A stretch of DNA of 35,706 nt from a virus (IMGVR_UViG_2698536570_000003:1-35706); one strand, 5' to 3'; numbered from the stretch's first letter, positions 23,925 to 32,665 are shown. Translations and numbers: made by a program. The notes: generated by a model not told the origin, from the letters alone.

Positions 23925-23956
23925 CCTCAACCAGAGCGCGTCACGCATCCACTAAC
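23925..23956. repeat. right arm of 32-bp perfect inverted repeat
   Basis: CCTCAACCAGAGCGCGTCACGCATCCACTAAC. Confidence 0.8.
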
Positions 23957-24028
23957 AATGCAACACCGTTAACCAGGCAGTGGAAGGGCTTTAATGGTGA
24001 TGCCGCGCTCCTGTAGTGGAGCAAACGG

Positions 24029-24112
24029 ATGAAGGGATTTCTTCAAATCGCTGTCATCGCTCTTAAGGCAATTGTCGCCTTTATTGAGCTGATTCTGGCC
24101 TGCTTACCGTAA
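24029..24112 (+). CDS. candidate 27-aa hydrophobic peptide (MKGFLQIAVIALKAIVAFIELILACLP), type I toxin-like
   Basis: ATG with GGAG 8 nt upstream; single predicted TM helix; followed 20 nt later by a strong terminator. Confidence 0.3.
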   Translation: MKGFLQIAVIALKAIVAFIELILACLP

Positions 24113-24133
24113 GCAACCGGGAAACGTAAGTAA

Positions 24134-24166
24134 GGCCACCGGCTCACCCCCGGTGGCCTTTAACAT
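24134..24166 (+). terminator. intrinsic terminator
   Basis: GGCCACCGG-CTCACCC-CCGGTGGCC followed by TTTAACATTTT. Confidence 0.55.
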
Positions 24167-24365
24167 TTTAAGTCTGCCTCGCCGCTCTACCGGCCATTCA
24201 TTTTTGAAGCTGGCTGAGTGTTAAGGCTAAATTTAAGGTGGCACTGACGGCTTAAATTCCTGCGATATCCTGGCATGTCGTTATGATTAAAGCGCATTAG
24301 AAACAAATTTCATCGTTCTGATTAAACATGTTTACCTGACTATTCAAAGTAAGGTAAATCTCAAT

Positions 24366-24710
24366 ATGGCACGACCTCAGACGGTTAATCAGTTACCCGA
24401 CTCTATCAAGAAGAAACTGAATAAAAAGCTGACGGAAAGTTCATTCAGCGGCTACGTTCAGCTTACTGAGTGGTTAAACTCGTTGGGATACCCGGTTTCA
24501 AAATCATCAGTGCATCGCTATGCTGAACGTCGCCGCCTGTCACTTATAGCAGGGAGCGATACTCCCGGCGCAACAGCTAACATTGTGGATACGAAACTTC
24601 GCTGTCTGGAGCTTGCCTCGCTCTCTTTAAAAACGGACGAGAAGTTGTCAGCAGATGAAGTAAAAAAATATGCTGAAAATTTGATGGGGTGGCTTTACGA
24701 CCAGAAATAA
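24366..24710 (+). CDS. HTH-containing small protein (114 aa) near right end of insertion; regulator or terminase-small-subunit-like
   Basis: Segment YVQLTEWLNSLGYPVSKSSVHRYAERRR looks like a helix-turn-helix; ORF in track. Confidence 0.45.
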   Translation: MARPQTVNQLPDSIKKKLNKKLTESSFSGYVQLTEWLNSLGYPVSKSSVHRYAERRRLSLIAGSDTPGATANIVDTKLRCLELASLSLKTDEKLSADEVKKYAENLMGWLYDQK

Positions 24711-24809
24711 TTGACTGCGCGGGAGGCGTGCCCTCCCGTTACGTATATGGAAACTGTTTTACAAATTCCCATCCAACCTTTTCCAACATCTTCCCCCATA
24801 GTCCCACAA

Positions 24810-24850
24810 TTATCTCACGGATAACCCTGTATTTATCTCATGTCTAATCA
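24810..24850. repeat. right terminal region of insertion (reverse complement carries CCGTGAGATAA at +30 and CATGAGATAAATA at +8)
   Basis: Mirrors the left end. Confidence 0.6.
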
Positions 24851-24856
24851 AAGACA

Positions 24857-24952
24857 TCCGGCGATCCGGCGCGAGAGTTCACCATGATTCAGTCAGCACC
24901 GCTGATGCTGCTGGCTGATCCTGATGAGTTCGTGTCCGTTCAACTGGCGTAA
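24857..24952 (+). pseudogene. E: detached C-terminal 31 codons of major capsid gene E (SGDPAREFTMIQSAPLMLLADPDEFVSVQLA)
   Basis: Matches the lambda E C-terminus; in frame with the N-terminal fragment if 17158-24856 is removed. Confidence 0.85.
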
Positions 24953-24993
24953 TCATGGCCCTTCGGGGCCATTTTCTCTCTGTGGAGGAATCC

Positions 24994-25389
24994 ATGACGA
25001 AAGATGAACTGATTGCCCGTCTCCGGTCGCTGGGTGAGCAACTGAACCGTGATGTCAGCCTGACGGGGACGAAAGAAGAACTGGCGCTCCGTGTGGCAGA
25101 GCTGGAAGAGGAGCTTGATGACACGGATGACGCAGCCGGTCTGGACACGTCTGTCAGCCCGGAAAATGCGCTGACCGGACATGAAAATGAGGTGGTATCA
25201 GCGCAGACGGATACCGTGACTGATACGGCTGCTCTGGTCACGGTTGTGGCACTGGTGACGCTGCATACTGATGCACTTCACGCCACGCGGGATGAGGCTG
25301 TGGCATTTGTGCTGCCGGGAACGGCGTTCCGTGTCTCTGCCGGTGTGGCAGCTGAAATGACAGCGCGCGGCCTGGCCAGAATGCAATAA
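24994..25389 (+). CDS. FI: DNA-packaging accessory protein gpFI
   Basis: MTKDELIARLRSLGEQLNRDVSLTGTKEELALRVAEL... matches lambda FI; GGAGG RBS. Confidence 0.88.
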   Translation: MTKDELIARLRSLGEQLNRDVSLTGTKEELALRVAELEEELDDTDDAAGLDTSVSPENALTGHENEVVSAQTDTVTDTAALVTVVALVTLHTDALHATRDEAVAFVLPGTAFRVSAGVAAEMTARGLARMQ

Positions 25390-25400
25390 CGGGAGGCGCT

Positions 25401-25754
25401 GTGGCTGATTTCGATAACCTGTTCGATGCTGCCATTGCCCGCGCCGATGAAACGATACGCGGGTACATGGGAACGTCAGCCACCATGACATCCGGTGAGC
25501 AGTCCGGCGCAGTAATACGTGGTGTTTTTGATGACCCTGAAAATATCAGCTATGCCGGACAGGGCGTGCGCGTTGAAGGCTCCAGCCCGTCCCTGTTTGT
25601 CCGGACTGATGATGTGCGGCAGCTGCGGCGTGGAGACACGCTGACCATCGGTGAGGAAAACTTCTGGGTAGATCGGGTTACGCCGGATGATGGCGGAAGC
25701 TGTCATCTCTGGCTTGGGCGGGGGGTACCGCCTGCCGTTAACCGTCGCCGCTGA
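25401..25754 (+). CDS. FII: head-tail connector protein gpFII (117 aa)
   Basis: Matches lambda FII. Confidence 0.9.
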   Translation: MADFDNLFDAAIARADETIRGYMGTSATMTSGEQSGAVIRGVFDDPENISYAGQGVRVEGSSPSLFVRTDDVRQLRRGDTLTIGEENFWVDRVTPDDGGSCHLWLGRGVPPAVNRRR

Positions 25755-25765
25755 AAGGGGGATGT

Positions 25766-26344
25766 ATGGCCATAAAAGGTCTTGAGCAGGCCGTTGAAAA
25801 CCTCAGCCGTATCAGCAAAACGGCGGTGCCTGGTGCCGCCGCAATGGCCATTAACCGCGTTGCTTCATCCGCGATATCGCAGTCGGCGTCACAGGTTGCC
25901 CGTGAGACAAAGGTACGCCGGAAACTGGTAAAGGAAAGGGCCAGGCTGAAAAGGGCCACGGTCAAAAATCCGCAGGCCAGAATCAAAGTTAACCGGGGGG
26001 ATTTGCCCGTAATCAGGCTGGGTAACGCGCGGGTTGTCCTGTCCCGACGCAGGCGTCGTAAAAAGGGGCAGCGTTCAGCCCTGAAAGGTGGCGGCAGCGT
26101 GCTTGTGGTGGGAAACCGTCGTATTCCCGGCGCGTTTATTCAGCAACTGAAAAACGGCCGGTGGCATGTTATGCAGCGTGTGGCCGGGAAAAACCGTTAC
26201 CCCATTGATGTAGTGAAAATCCCGATGGCGGTGCCGCTGACCACGGCGTTTAAACAAAATATTGAGCGGATACGGCGTGAACGTCTTCCGAAAGAGCTGG
26301 GCTATGCGCTGCAGCATCAACTGAGGATGGTAATAAAGCGATGA
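25766..26344 (+). CDS. Z: tail completion protein gpZ (192 aa)
   Basis: Matches lambda Z by length, order and sequence recall. Confidence 0.85.
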   Translation: MAIKGLEQAVENLSRISKTAVPGAAAMAINRVASSAISQSASQVARETKVRRKLVKERARLKRATVKNPQARIKVNRGDLPVIRLGNARVVLSRRRRRKKGQRSALKGGGSVLVVGNRRIPGAFIQQLKNGRWHVMQRVAGKNRYPIDVVKIPMAVPLTTAFKQNIERIRRERLPKELGYALQHQLRMVIKR

Positions 26345-26736
26345 AACATACTGAACTCCGTGCAGCCGTACTGGATGCACTGGAGAAGCATGACACCGGG
26401 GCGACGTTTTTTGATGGTCGCCCCGCTGTTTTTGATGAGGCGGATTTTCCGGCAGTTGCCGTTTATCTCACCGGCGCTGAATACACGGGCGAAGAGCTGG
26501 ACAGCGATACCTGGCAGGCGGAGCTGCATATCGAAGTTTTCCTGCCTGCTCAGGTGCCGGATTCAGAGCTGGATGCGTGGATGGAGTCCCGGATTTATCC
26601 GGTGATGAGCGATATCCCGGCACTGTCAGATTTGATCACCAGTATGGTGGCCAGCGGCTATGACTACCGGCGCGACGATGATGCGGGCCTGTGGAGTTCA
26701 GCCGATCTGACTTATGTCATTACCTATGAAATGTGA
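26341..26736 (+). CDS. U: tail terminator protein gpU (131 aa)
   Basis: Matches lambda U. Confidence 0.88.
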   Translation: MKHTELRAAVLDALEKHDTGATFFDGRPAVFDEADFPAVAVYLTGAEYTGEELDSDTWQAELHIEVFLPAQVPDSELDAWMESRIYPVMSDIPALSDLITSMVASGYDYRRDDDAGLWSSADLTYVITYEM

Positions 26737-26743
26737 GGACGCT

Positions 26744-27484
26744 ATGCCTGTACCAAATCCTACAATGCCGGTGAAAGGTGCCGGGACCACCCTGTGGGTT
26801 TATAAGGGGAGCGGTGACCCTTATGCGAATCCGCTTTCAGACGTTGACTGGTCGCGTCTGGCAAAAGTTAAAGACCTGACGCCCGGCGAACTGACCGCTG
26901 AGTCCTATGACGACAGCTATCTCGATGATGAAGATGCAGACTGGACTGCGACCGGGCAGGGGCAGAAATCCGCCGGAGATACCAGCTTCACGCTGGCGTG
27001 GATGCCCGGAGAGCAGGGGCAGCAGGCGCTGCTGGCGTGGTTTAATGAAGGTGATACCCGTGCCTATAAAATCCGCTTCCCGAACGGCACGGTCGATGTG
27101 TTCCGTGGCTGGGTCAGCAGTATCGGTAAAGCGGTGACGGCGAAGGAAGTGATCACCCGCACGGTGAAAGTCACCAACGTGGGACGTCCGTCAATGGCAG
27201 AAGATCGCAGCACGGTAACAGCGGCAACCGGCATGACCGTGACGCCTGCCAGCACTTCGGTGGTGAAAGGGCAGAGCACCACGCTGACCGTGGCATTCCA
27301 GCCGGAAGGCGCAACCGACAAGAGCTTCCGTGCGGTGTCTGCGGATAAAACAAAAGCCACCGTGTCGGTCAGTGGTATGACCATCACCGTGAAAGGTGTT
27401 GCTGCAGGCAAGGTCAACATTCCGGTTGTATCCGGTAATGGTGAACTTGCTGCGGTTGCAGAAATTACCGTCACCGCCAGTTAA
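26744..27484 (+). CDS. V: major tail protein gpV (246 aa) with C-terminal Ig-like domain
   Basis: [22 protein letters not shown]... matches lambda V. Confidence 0.92.
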   Translation: MPVPNPTMPVKGAGTTLWVYKGSGDPYANPLSDVDWSRLAKVKDLTPGELTAESYDDSYLDDEDADWTATGQGQKSAGDTSFTLAWMPGEQGQQALLAWFNEGDTRAYKIRFPNGTVDVFRGWVSSIGKAVTAKEVITRTVKVTNVGRPSMAEDRSTVTAATGMTVTPASTSVVKGQSTTLTVAFQPEGATDKSFRAVSADKTKATVSVSGMTITVKGVAAGKVNIPVVSGNGELAAVAEITVTAS

Positions 27485-27499
27485 TCCGGAGAGTCAGCG

Positions 27500-27922
27500 A
27501 TGTTCCTGAAAACCGAATCATTTGAACATAACGGTGTGACCGTCACGCTTTCTGAACTGTCAGCCCTGCAGCGTATTGAGCATCTCGCCCTGATGAAACG
27601 GCAGGCAGAACAGGCGGAGTCAGACAGCAACCGGAAGTTTACTGTGGAAGACGCCATCAGAACCGGCGCGTTTCTGGTGGCGATGTCCCTGTGGCATAAC
27701 CATCCGCAGAAGACAAAGCTGCCGTCCATGAATGAAGCCGTTAAACAGATTGAGCAGGAAGTGCTTACCACCTGGCCCACGGAGGCAATTTCTCATGCTG
27801 AAAACGTGGTGTACCGGCTGTCCGGTATGTATGAGTTTGTGGTGAATAATGCCCCTGAACAGACAGAGGACGCCGGGCCCGCAGAGCCTGTTTCTGCGGG
27901 AAAGTGTTCGACGGTGAGCTGA
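27500..27922 (+). CDS. G: tail assembly chaperone gpG (140 aa)
   Basis: Matches lambda G. Confidence 0.9.
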   Translation: MFLKTESFEHNGVTVTLSELSALQRIEHLALMKRQAEQAESDSNRKFTVEDAIRTGAFLVAMSLWHNHPQKTKLPSMNEAVKQIEQEVLTTWPTEAISHAENVVYRLSGMYEFVVNNAPEQTEDAGPAEPVSAGKCSTVS

Positions 27923-28338
27923 GTTTTGCCCTGAAACTGGCGCGTGAGATGGGGCGACCCGACTGGCGTGCCATGCTTGCCGGGATGTCATCCACGGAGT
28001 ATGCCGACTGGCACCGCTTTTACAGTACCCATTATTTTCATGATGTTCTGCTGGATATGCACTTTTCCGGGCTGACGTACACCGTGCTCAGCCTGTTTTT
28101 CAGCGATCCGGATATGCATCCGCTGGATTTCAGTCTGCTGAACCGGCGCGAGGCTGACGAAGAGCCTGAAGATGATGTGCTGATGCAGAAAGCGGCAGGG
28201 CTTGCCGGAGGTGTCCGCTTTGGCCCGGACGGGAATGAAGTTATCCCTACTTCCCCGGATGTGGCGGACATGACGGAGGATGACGTAATGCTGATGACAG
28301 TATCAGAAGGGATCGCAGGAGGAGTCCGGTATGGCTGA
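27904..28338 (+). CDS. T: T portion of tail assembly chaperone gpG-T, reached by -1 frameshift at GGGAAAG (27898-27904)
   Basis: Slippery heptamer G_GGA_AAG in G frame, seen directly; downstream ORF matches lambda T. Confidence 0.85.
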   Translation: MFDGELSFALKLAREMGRPDWRAMLAGMSSTEYADWHRFYSTHYFHDVLLDMHFSGLTYTVLSLFFSDPDMHPLDFSLLNRREADEEPEDDVLMQKAAGLAGGVRFGPDGNEVIPTSPDVADMTEDDVMLMTVSEGIAGGVRYG

Positions 28339-30892
28339 ACCGGTAGGCGATCTGGTCGTTGATTTGAGTCTGGATGCGGCCAGATTTGACGAGCAGATGG
28401 CCAGAGTCAGGCGTCATTTTTCCGGTACGGAAAGTGATGCGAAAAAAACAGCGGCAGTCGTTGAACAGTCGCTGAGCCGACAGGCGCTGGCTGCACAGAA
28501 AGCGGGGATTTCCGTCGGGCAGTATAAAGCCGCCATGCGTATGCTGCCTGCACAGTTCACCGACGTGGCCACGCAGCTTGCAGGCGGGCAAAGTCCGTGG
28601 CTGATCCTGCTGCAACAGGGTGGTCAGGTTAAGGACTCCTTCGGCGGGATGATCCCCATGTTCAGGGGGCTTGCCGGTGCGATCACCCTGCCGATGGTGG
28701 GGGCCACCTCGCTGGCGGTGGCGACCGGTGCGCTGGCGTATGCCTGGTATCAGGGCAACTCAACCTTGTCCGATTTCAACAAAACGCTGGTCCTTTCCGG
28801 CAATCAGGCGGGACTGACGGCAGATCGTATGCTGGTCCTGTCCAGAGCCGGGCAGGCGGCAGGGCTGACGTTTAACCAGACCAGCGAGTCACTCAGCGCA
28901 CTGGTTAAGGCGGGAGTAAGCGGTGAGGCTCAGATTGCGTCCATCAGCCAGAGTGTGGCGCGTTTCTCCTCTGCATCCGGCGTGGAGGTGGACAAGGTCG
29001 CTGAAGCCTTCGGGAAGCTGACCACAGACCCGACGTCGGGGCTGACGGCGATGGCACGCCAGTTCCATAACGTGACGGCGGAGCAGATTGCGTATGTTGC
29101 TCAGTTGCAGCGTTCCGGCGATGAAGCCGGGGCATTGCAGGCGGCGAACGAGGCCGCGACGAAAGGGTTTGATGACCAGACCCGCCGCCTGAAAGAGAAC
29201 ATGGGCACGCTGGAAACCTGGGCAGACAGGACAGCACGGGCATTCAAATCCATGTGGGATGCGGTGCTGGATATTGGTCGTCCTGATACCGCGCAGGAGA
29301 TGCTGATTAAGGCAGAGGCCGCGTTTAAGAAAGCGGACGATATCTGGAATCTGCGCAAGGATGATTATTTTGTTAACGATGAAGCGCGGGCGCGTTACTG
29401 GGATGATCGTGAAAAGGCCCGTCTTGCGCTTGAAGCCGCCCGAAAGAAGGCTGAGCAGCAGAGTCAACAGGACAAAAATGCGCAGCAGCAGAGCGATACC
29501 GAAGCGTCACGGCTGAAATATACCGAAGAGGCGCAGAAGGCTTACGAACGCCTGCAGACGCCGCTGGAGAAATATACCGCCCGTCAGGAAGAACTGAATA
29601 AGGCACTGAAAGACGGGAAAATCCTGCAGGCAGATTACAACACGCTGATGGCGGCGGCGAAAAAGGACTATGAAGCGACGCTGAAAAAGCCGAAACAGTC
29701 CGGCGTGAAGGTGTCTGCGGGCGATCGTCAGGAAGACAGTGCTCATGCTGCCCTGCTGACGCTTCAGGCAGAACTCCGGATGCTGGAGAAGCATGCCGGA
29801 GCGAATGAGAAAATCAGCCAGCAGCGCCGGGATTTGTGGAAGGCAGAAAGTCAGTTCGCGGTACTGGAGGAGGCGGCACAACGTCGCCAGCTGTCCGCAC
29901 AGGAGAAATCCCTGCTGGCGCATAAAGACGAGACGCTGGAGTACAAACGCCAGCTGGCTGTACTTGGCGACAAGGTCACCTATCAGGAGCACCTGAACGC
30001 GCTGGCACAGCAGGCGGATAAATTCGCACAGCAACAACGGGCAAAACGGGCCGCCATTGATGCAAAAAACCGGGGGCTGACTGACCGGCAGGCAGCGCGG
30101 GAAGCCATGGAACAGCGCCTGAAGGAACAGTATGGCGATAATCCTCTGGCGCTGAATAACGTCATGTCAGAGCAGAAAAAGACCTGGGCAGCTGAAGACC
30201 AGCTTCGCGGGAGCTGGATGGCAGGCCTCAGGTCAGGCTGGAGTGAGTGGGAAGAGAGCGCCACGGACAGTATGTCGCAGGTAAAAAGTGCAGCCACGCA
30301 GACCTTTGATGGTATTGCACAGAATATGGCGGCGATGCTGACCGGCAGTGAGCAGAACTGGCGCAGCTTCACCCGTTCCGTGCTGTCCATGATGACAGAA
30401 ATTCTGCTTAAGCAGGCAATGGTGGGGATTGTCGGGAGTATCGGCAGCGCTATTGGCGGGGCTGTTGGTGGCGGCGCATCCGCGTCAGGCGGTACAGCCA
30501 TTCAGGCCGCTGCGGCGAAATTCCATTTTGCAACCGGAGGATTTACGGGAACCGGCGGCAAATATGAGCCAGCGGGGATTGTTCACCGTGGTGAATTTGT
30601 CTTCACAAAGGAGGCAACCAGCCGGATTGGTGTCGGCAACCTGTACCGCCTGATGCGGGGCTATGCGGAAGGTGGTTATGTGGGCGGTGCCGGAAGTCCG
30701 GCGCAGATGCGGCGGGCTGAAGGCATTAATTTTAATCAGAACAATCACGTGGTGATTCAGAACGACGGTACGAATGGTCTGCCAGGTCCACAGATGATGA
30801 AGGCAGTGTATGACATGGCCCGCAAGGGTGCCCGTGATGAAATTCAGACACAGATGCGTGATGGTGGCCTGTTCTCCGGAGGTGGACGATGA
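28331..30892 (+). CDS. H: tail tape measure protein gpH (853 aa)
   Basis: Length and sequence match lambda H. Confidence 0.93.
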   Translation: MAEPVGDLVVDLSLDAARFDEQMARVRRHFSGTESDAKKTAAVVEQSLSRQALAAQKAGISVGQYKAAMRMLPAQFTDVATQLAGGQSPWLILLQQGGQVKDSFGGMIPMFRGLAGAITLPMVGATSLAVATGALAYAWYQGNSTLSDFNKTLVLSGNQAGLTADRMLVLSRAGQAAGLTFNQTSESLSALVKAGVSGEAQIASISQSVARFSSASGVEVDKVAEAFGKLTTDPTSGLTAMARQFHNVTAEQIAYVAQLQRSGDEAGALQAANEAATKGFDDQTRRLKENMGTLETWADRTARAFKSMWDAVLDIGRPDTAQEMLIKAEAAFKKADDIWNLRKDDYFVNDEARARYWDDREKARLALEAARKKAEQQSQQDKNAQQQSDTEASRLKYTEEAQKAYERLQTPLEKYTARQEELNKALKDGKILQADYNTLMAAAKKDYEATLKKPKQSGVKVSAGDRQEDSAHAALLTLQAELRMLEKHAGANEKISQQRRDLWKAESQFAVLEEAAQRRQLSAQEKSLLAHKDETLEYKRQLAVLGDKVTYQEHLNALAQQADKFAQQQRAKRAAIDAKNRGLTDRQAAREAMEQRLKEQYGDNPLALNNVMSEQKKTWAAEDQLRGSWMAGLRSGWSEWEESATDSMSQVKSAATQTFDGIAQNMAAMLTGSEQNWRSFTRSVLSMMTEILLKQAMVGIVGSIGSAIGGAVGGGASASGGTAIQAAAAKFHFATGGFTGTGGKYEPAGIVHRGEFVFTKEATSRIGVGNLYRLMRGYAEGGYVGGAGSPAQMRRAEGINFNQNNHVVIQNDGTNGLPGPQMMKAVYDMARKGARDEIQTQMRDGGLFSGGGR

Positions 30893-31218
30893 AGACCTTC
30901 CGCTGGAAAGTGAAACCCGGTATGGATGTGGCTTCGGCCCCTTCTGTAAGAAAGGTGCGCTTTGGTGATGGCTATTCTCAGCGAGCGCCTGCCGGGCTGA
31001 ATGCCAACCTGAAAACGTACAGCGTGACGCTTTCTGTCCCCCGTGAGGAGGCCACGGTACTGGAGTCGTTTCTGGAAGAGCACGGGGGCTGGAAAGCCTT
31101 TCTGTGGACGCCGCCTTATGAGTGGCGGCAGATAAAGGTGACCTGCGCAAAATGGTCGTCGCGGGTCAGTATGCTGCGTGTTGAGTTCAGCGCAGAGTTT
31201 GAACAGGTGGTGAACTGA
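30889..31218 (+). CDS. M: tail tip protein gpM (109 aa)
   Basis: Matches lambda M. Confidence 0.9.
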   Translation: MKTFRWKVKPGMDVASAPSVRKVRFGDGYSQRAPAGLNANLKTYSVTLSVPREEATVLESFLEEHGGWKAFLWTPPYEWRQIKVTCAKWSSRVSMLRVEFSAEFEQVVN

Positions 31219-31916
31219 TGCAGGATATCCGGCAGGAAACACTGAATGAATGCACCCGTGCGGAGCAGTCGGCCAGCGTGGTGCTCTGGGAAATCGACCT
31301 GACAGAGGTCGGTGGAGAACGTTATTTTTTCTGTAATGAGCAGAACGAAAAAGGTGAGCCGGTCACCTGGCAGGGGCGACAGTATCAGCCGTATCCCATT
31401 CAGGGGAGTGGTTTTGAACTGAATGGCAAAGGCACCAGTACGCGCCCCACGCTGACGGTTTCTAACCTGTACGGTATGGTCACCGGGATGGCGGAAGATC
31501 TGCAGAGTCTGGTCGGCGGAACGGTGGTCCGGCGTAAGGTTTACGCCCGTTTTCTGGATGCGGTGAACTTCGTCAACGGAAACAGTGACGCCGATCCGGA
31601 GCAGGAGGTGATCAGCCGCTGGCGCATCGAGCAGTGCAGCGAACTGAGCGCGGTGAGTGCCTCTTTTGTACTGTCCACGCCGACGGAAACAGACGGCGCT
31701 GTTTTTCCGGGACGTATCATGCTGGCCAACACCTGCACCTGGACCTATCGCGGTGACGAGTGCGGTTATAGCGGTCCGGCTGTCGCGGATGAATATGACC
31801 AGCCAACGTCCGATATCACGAAGGATAAATGCAGCAAATGCCTGAGCGGTTGTAAGTTCCGCAATAACGTCGGCAACTTTGGCGGCTTCCTTTCCATTAA
31901 CAAACTTTCGCAGTAA
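31218..31916 (+). CDS. L: tail tip protein gpL (232 aa)
   Basis: Matches lambda L. Confidence 0.9.
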   Translation: MQDIRQETLNECTRAEQSASVVLWEIDLTEVGGERYFFCNEQNEKGEPVTWQGRQYQPYPIQGSGFELNGKGTSTRPTLTVSNLYGMVTGMAEDLQSLVGGTVVRRKVYARFLDAVNFVNGNSDADPEQEVISRWRIEQCSELSAVSASFVLSTPTETDGAVFPGRIMLANTCTWTYRGDECGYSGPAVADEYDQPTSDITKDKCSKCLSGCKFRNNVGNFGGFLSINKLSQ

Positions 31917-31921
31917 ATCCC

Positions 31922-32665
31922 ATGACACAGACAGAATCAGCGATTCTGGCGCACGCCCGGCGATGTGCGCCAGCGGAGTCGTGCGGCTTCGTGGTAAGCA
32001 CGCCGGAGGGGGAAAGATATTTCCCCTGCGTGAATATCTCCGGTGAGCCGGAGGCGTATTTCCGTATGTCGCCGGAAGACTGGCTGCAGGCAGAAATGCA
32101 GGGTGAGATTGTGGCGCTGGTCCACAGCCACCCCGGTGGTCTGCCCTGGCTGAGTGAGGCCGACCGGCGGCTGCAGGTGCAGAGTGATTTGCCGTGGTGG
32201 CTGGTCTGCCGGGGGACGATTCATAAGTTCCGCTGTGTGCCGCATCTCACCGGGCGGCGCTTTGAGCACGGTGTGACGGACTGTTACACACTGTTCCGGG
32301 ATGCTTATCATCTGGCGGGGATTGAGATGCCGGACTTTCATCGTGAGGATGACTGGTGGCGTAACGGCCAGAATCTCTATCTGGATAATCTGGAGGCGAC
32401 GGGGCTGTATCAGGTGCCGTTGTCAGCGGCACAGCCGGGCGATGTGCTGCTGTGCTGTTTTGGTTCATCGGTGCCGAATCACGCCGCAATTTACTGCGGC
32501 GACGGCGAGCTGCTGCACCATATTCCTGAACAACTGAGTAAACGAGAGAGGTATACCGACAAATGGCAGCGACGCACACACTCCCTCTGGCGTCACCGGG
32601 CATGGCACGCATCTGCCTTTACGGGGATTTGCAACGATTTGGCCGCCGCATCGACCTTCGTGTGA
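31922..32665 (+). CDS. K: tail tip assembly protein gpK (JAMM/MPN plus NlpC/P60 domains); long ORF, classical annotated start would be 32066
   Basis: HSHPGGLPWLSEAD JAMM motif; matches lambda K. Confidence 0.85.
   Translation: MTQTESAILAHARRCAPAESCGFVVSTPEGERYFPCVNISGEPEAYFRMSPEDWLQAEMQGEIVALVHSHPGGLPWLSEADRRLQVQSDLPWWLVCRGTIHKFRCVPHLTGRRFEHGVTDCYTLFRDAYHLAGIEMPDFHREDDWWRNGQNLYLDNLEATGLYQVPLSAAQPGDVLLCCFGSSVPNHAAIYCGDGELLHHIPEQLSKRERYTDKWQRRTHSLWRHRAWHASAFTGICNDLAAASTFV

Larger units (their letters stand above)
17158..24850. mobile_element. about 7.7 kb insertion in gene E with TGAT...ATCA termini, flanking 6-bp direct repeat AAGACA, sub-terminal CCGTGAGATAA motif at +30 from both ends; includes a 50-N gap
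   Basis: Lambda-collinear E sequence stops at 17157 and resumes at 24857; direct repeat 17152-17157 and 24851-24856; symmetric end motifs seen directly. Confidence 0.65.

Noticed and set aside
23733-24170. Retron (msr/msd) interpretation of the inverted-repeat region
   Set aside because: Retrons need an adjacent reverse transcriptase gene and none is present in the visible sequence; kept only as a remote possibility if the gap hides sequence.
28889-30501. Several minus-strand ORFs (192, 176 and 172 aa)
   Set aside because: All antisense to the tape measure gene H; shadow ORFs.
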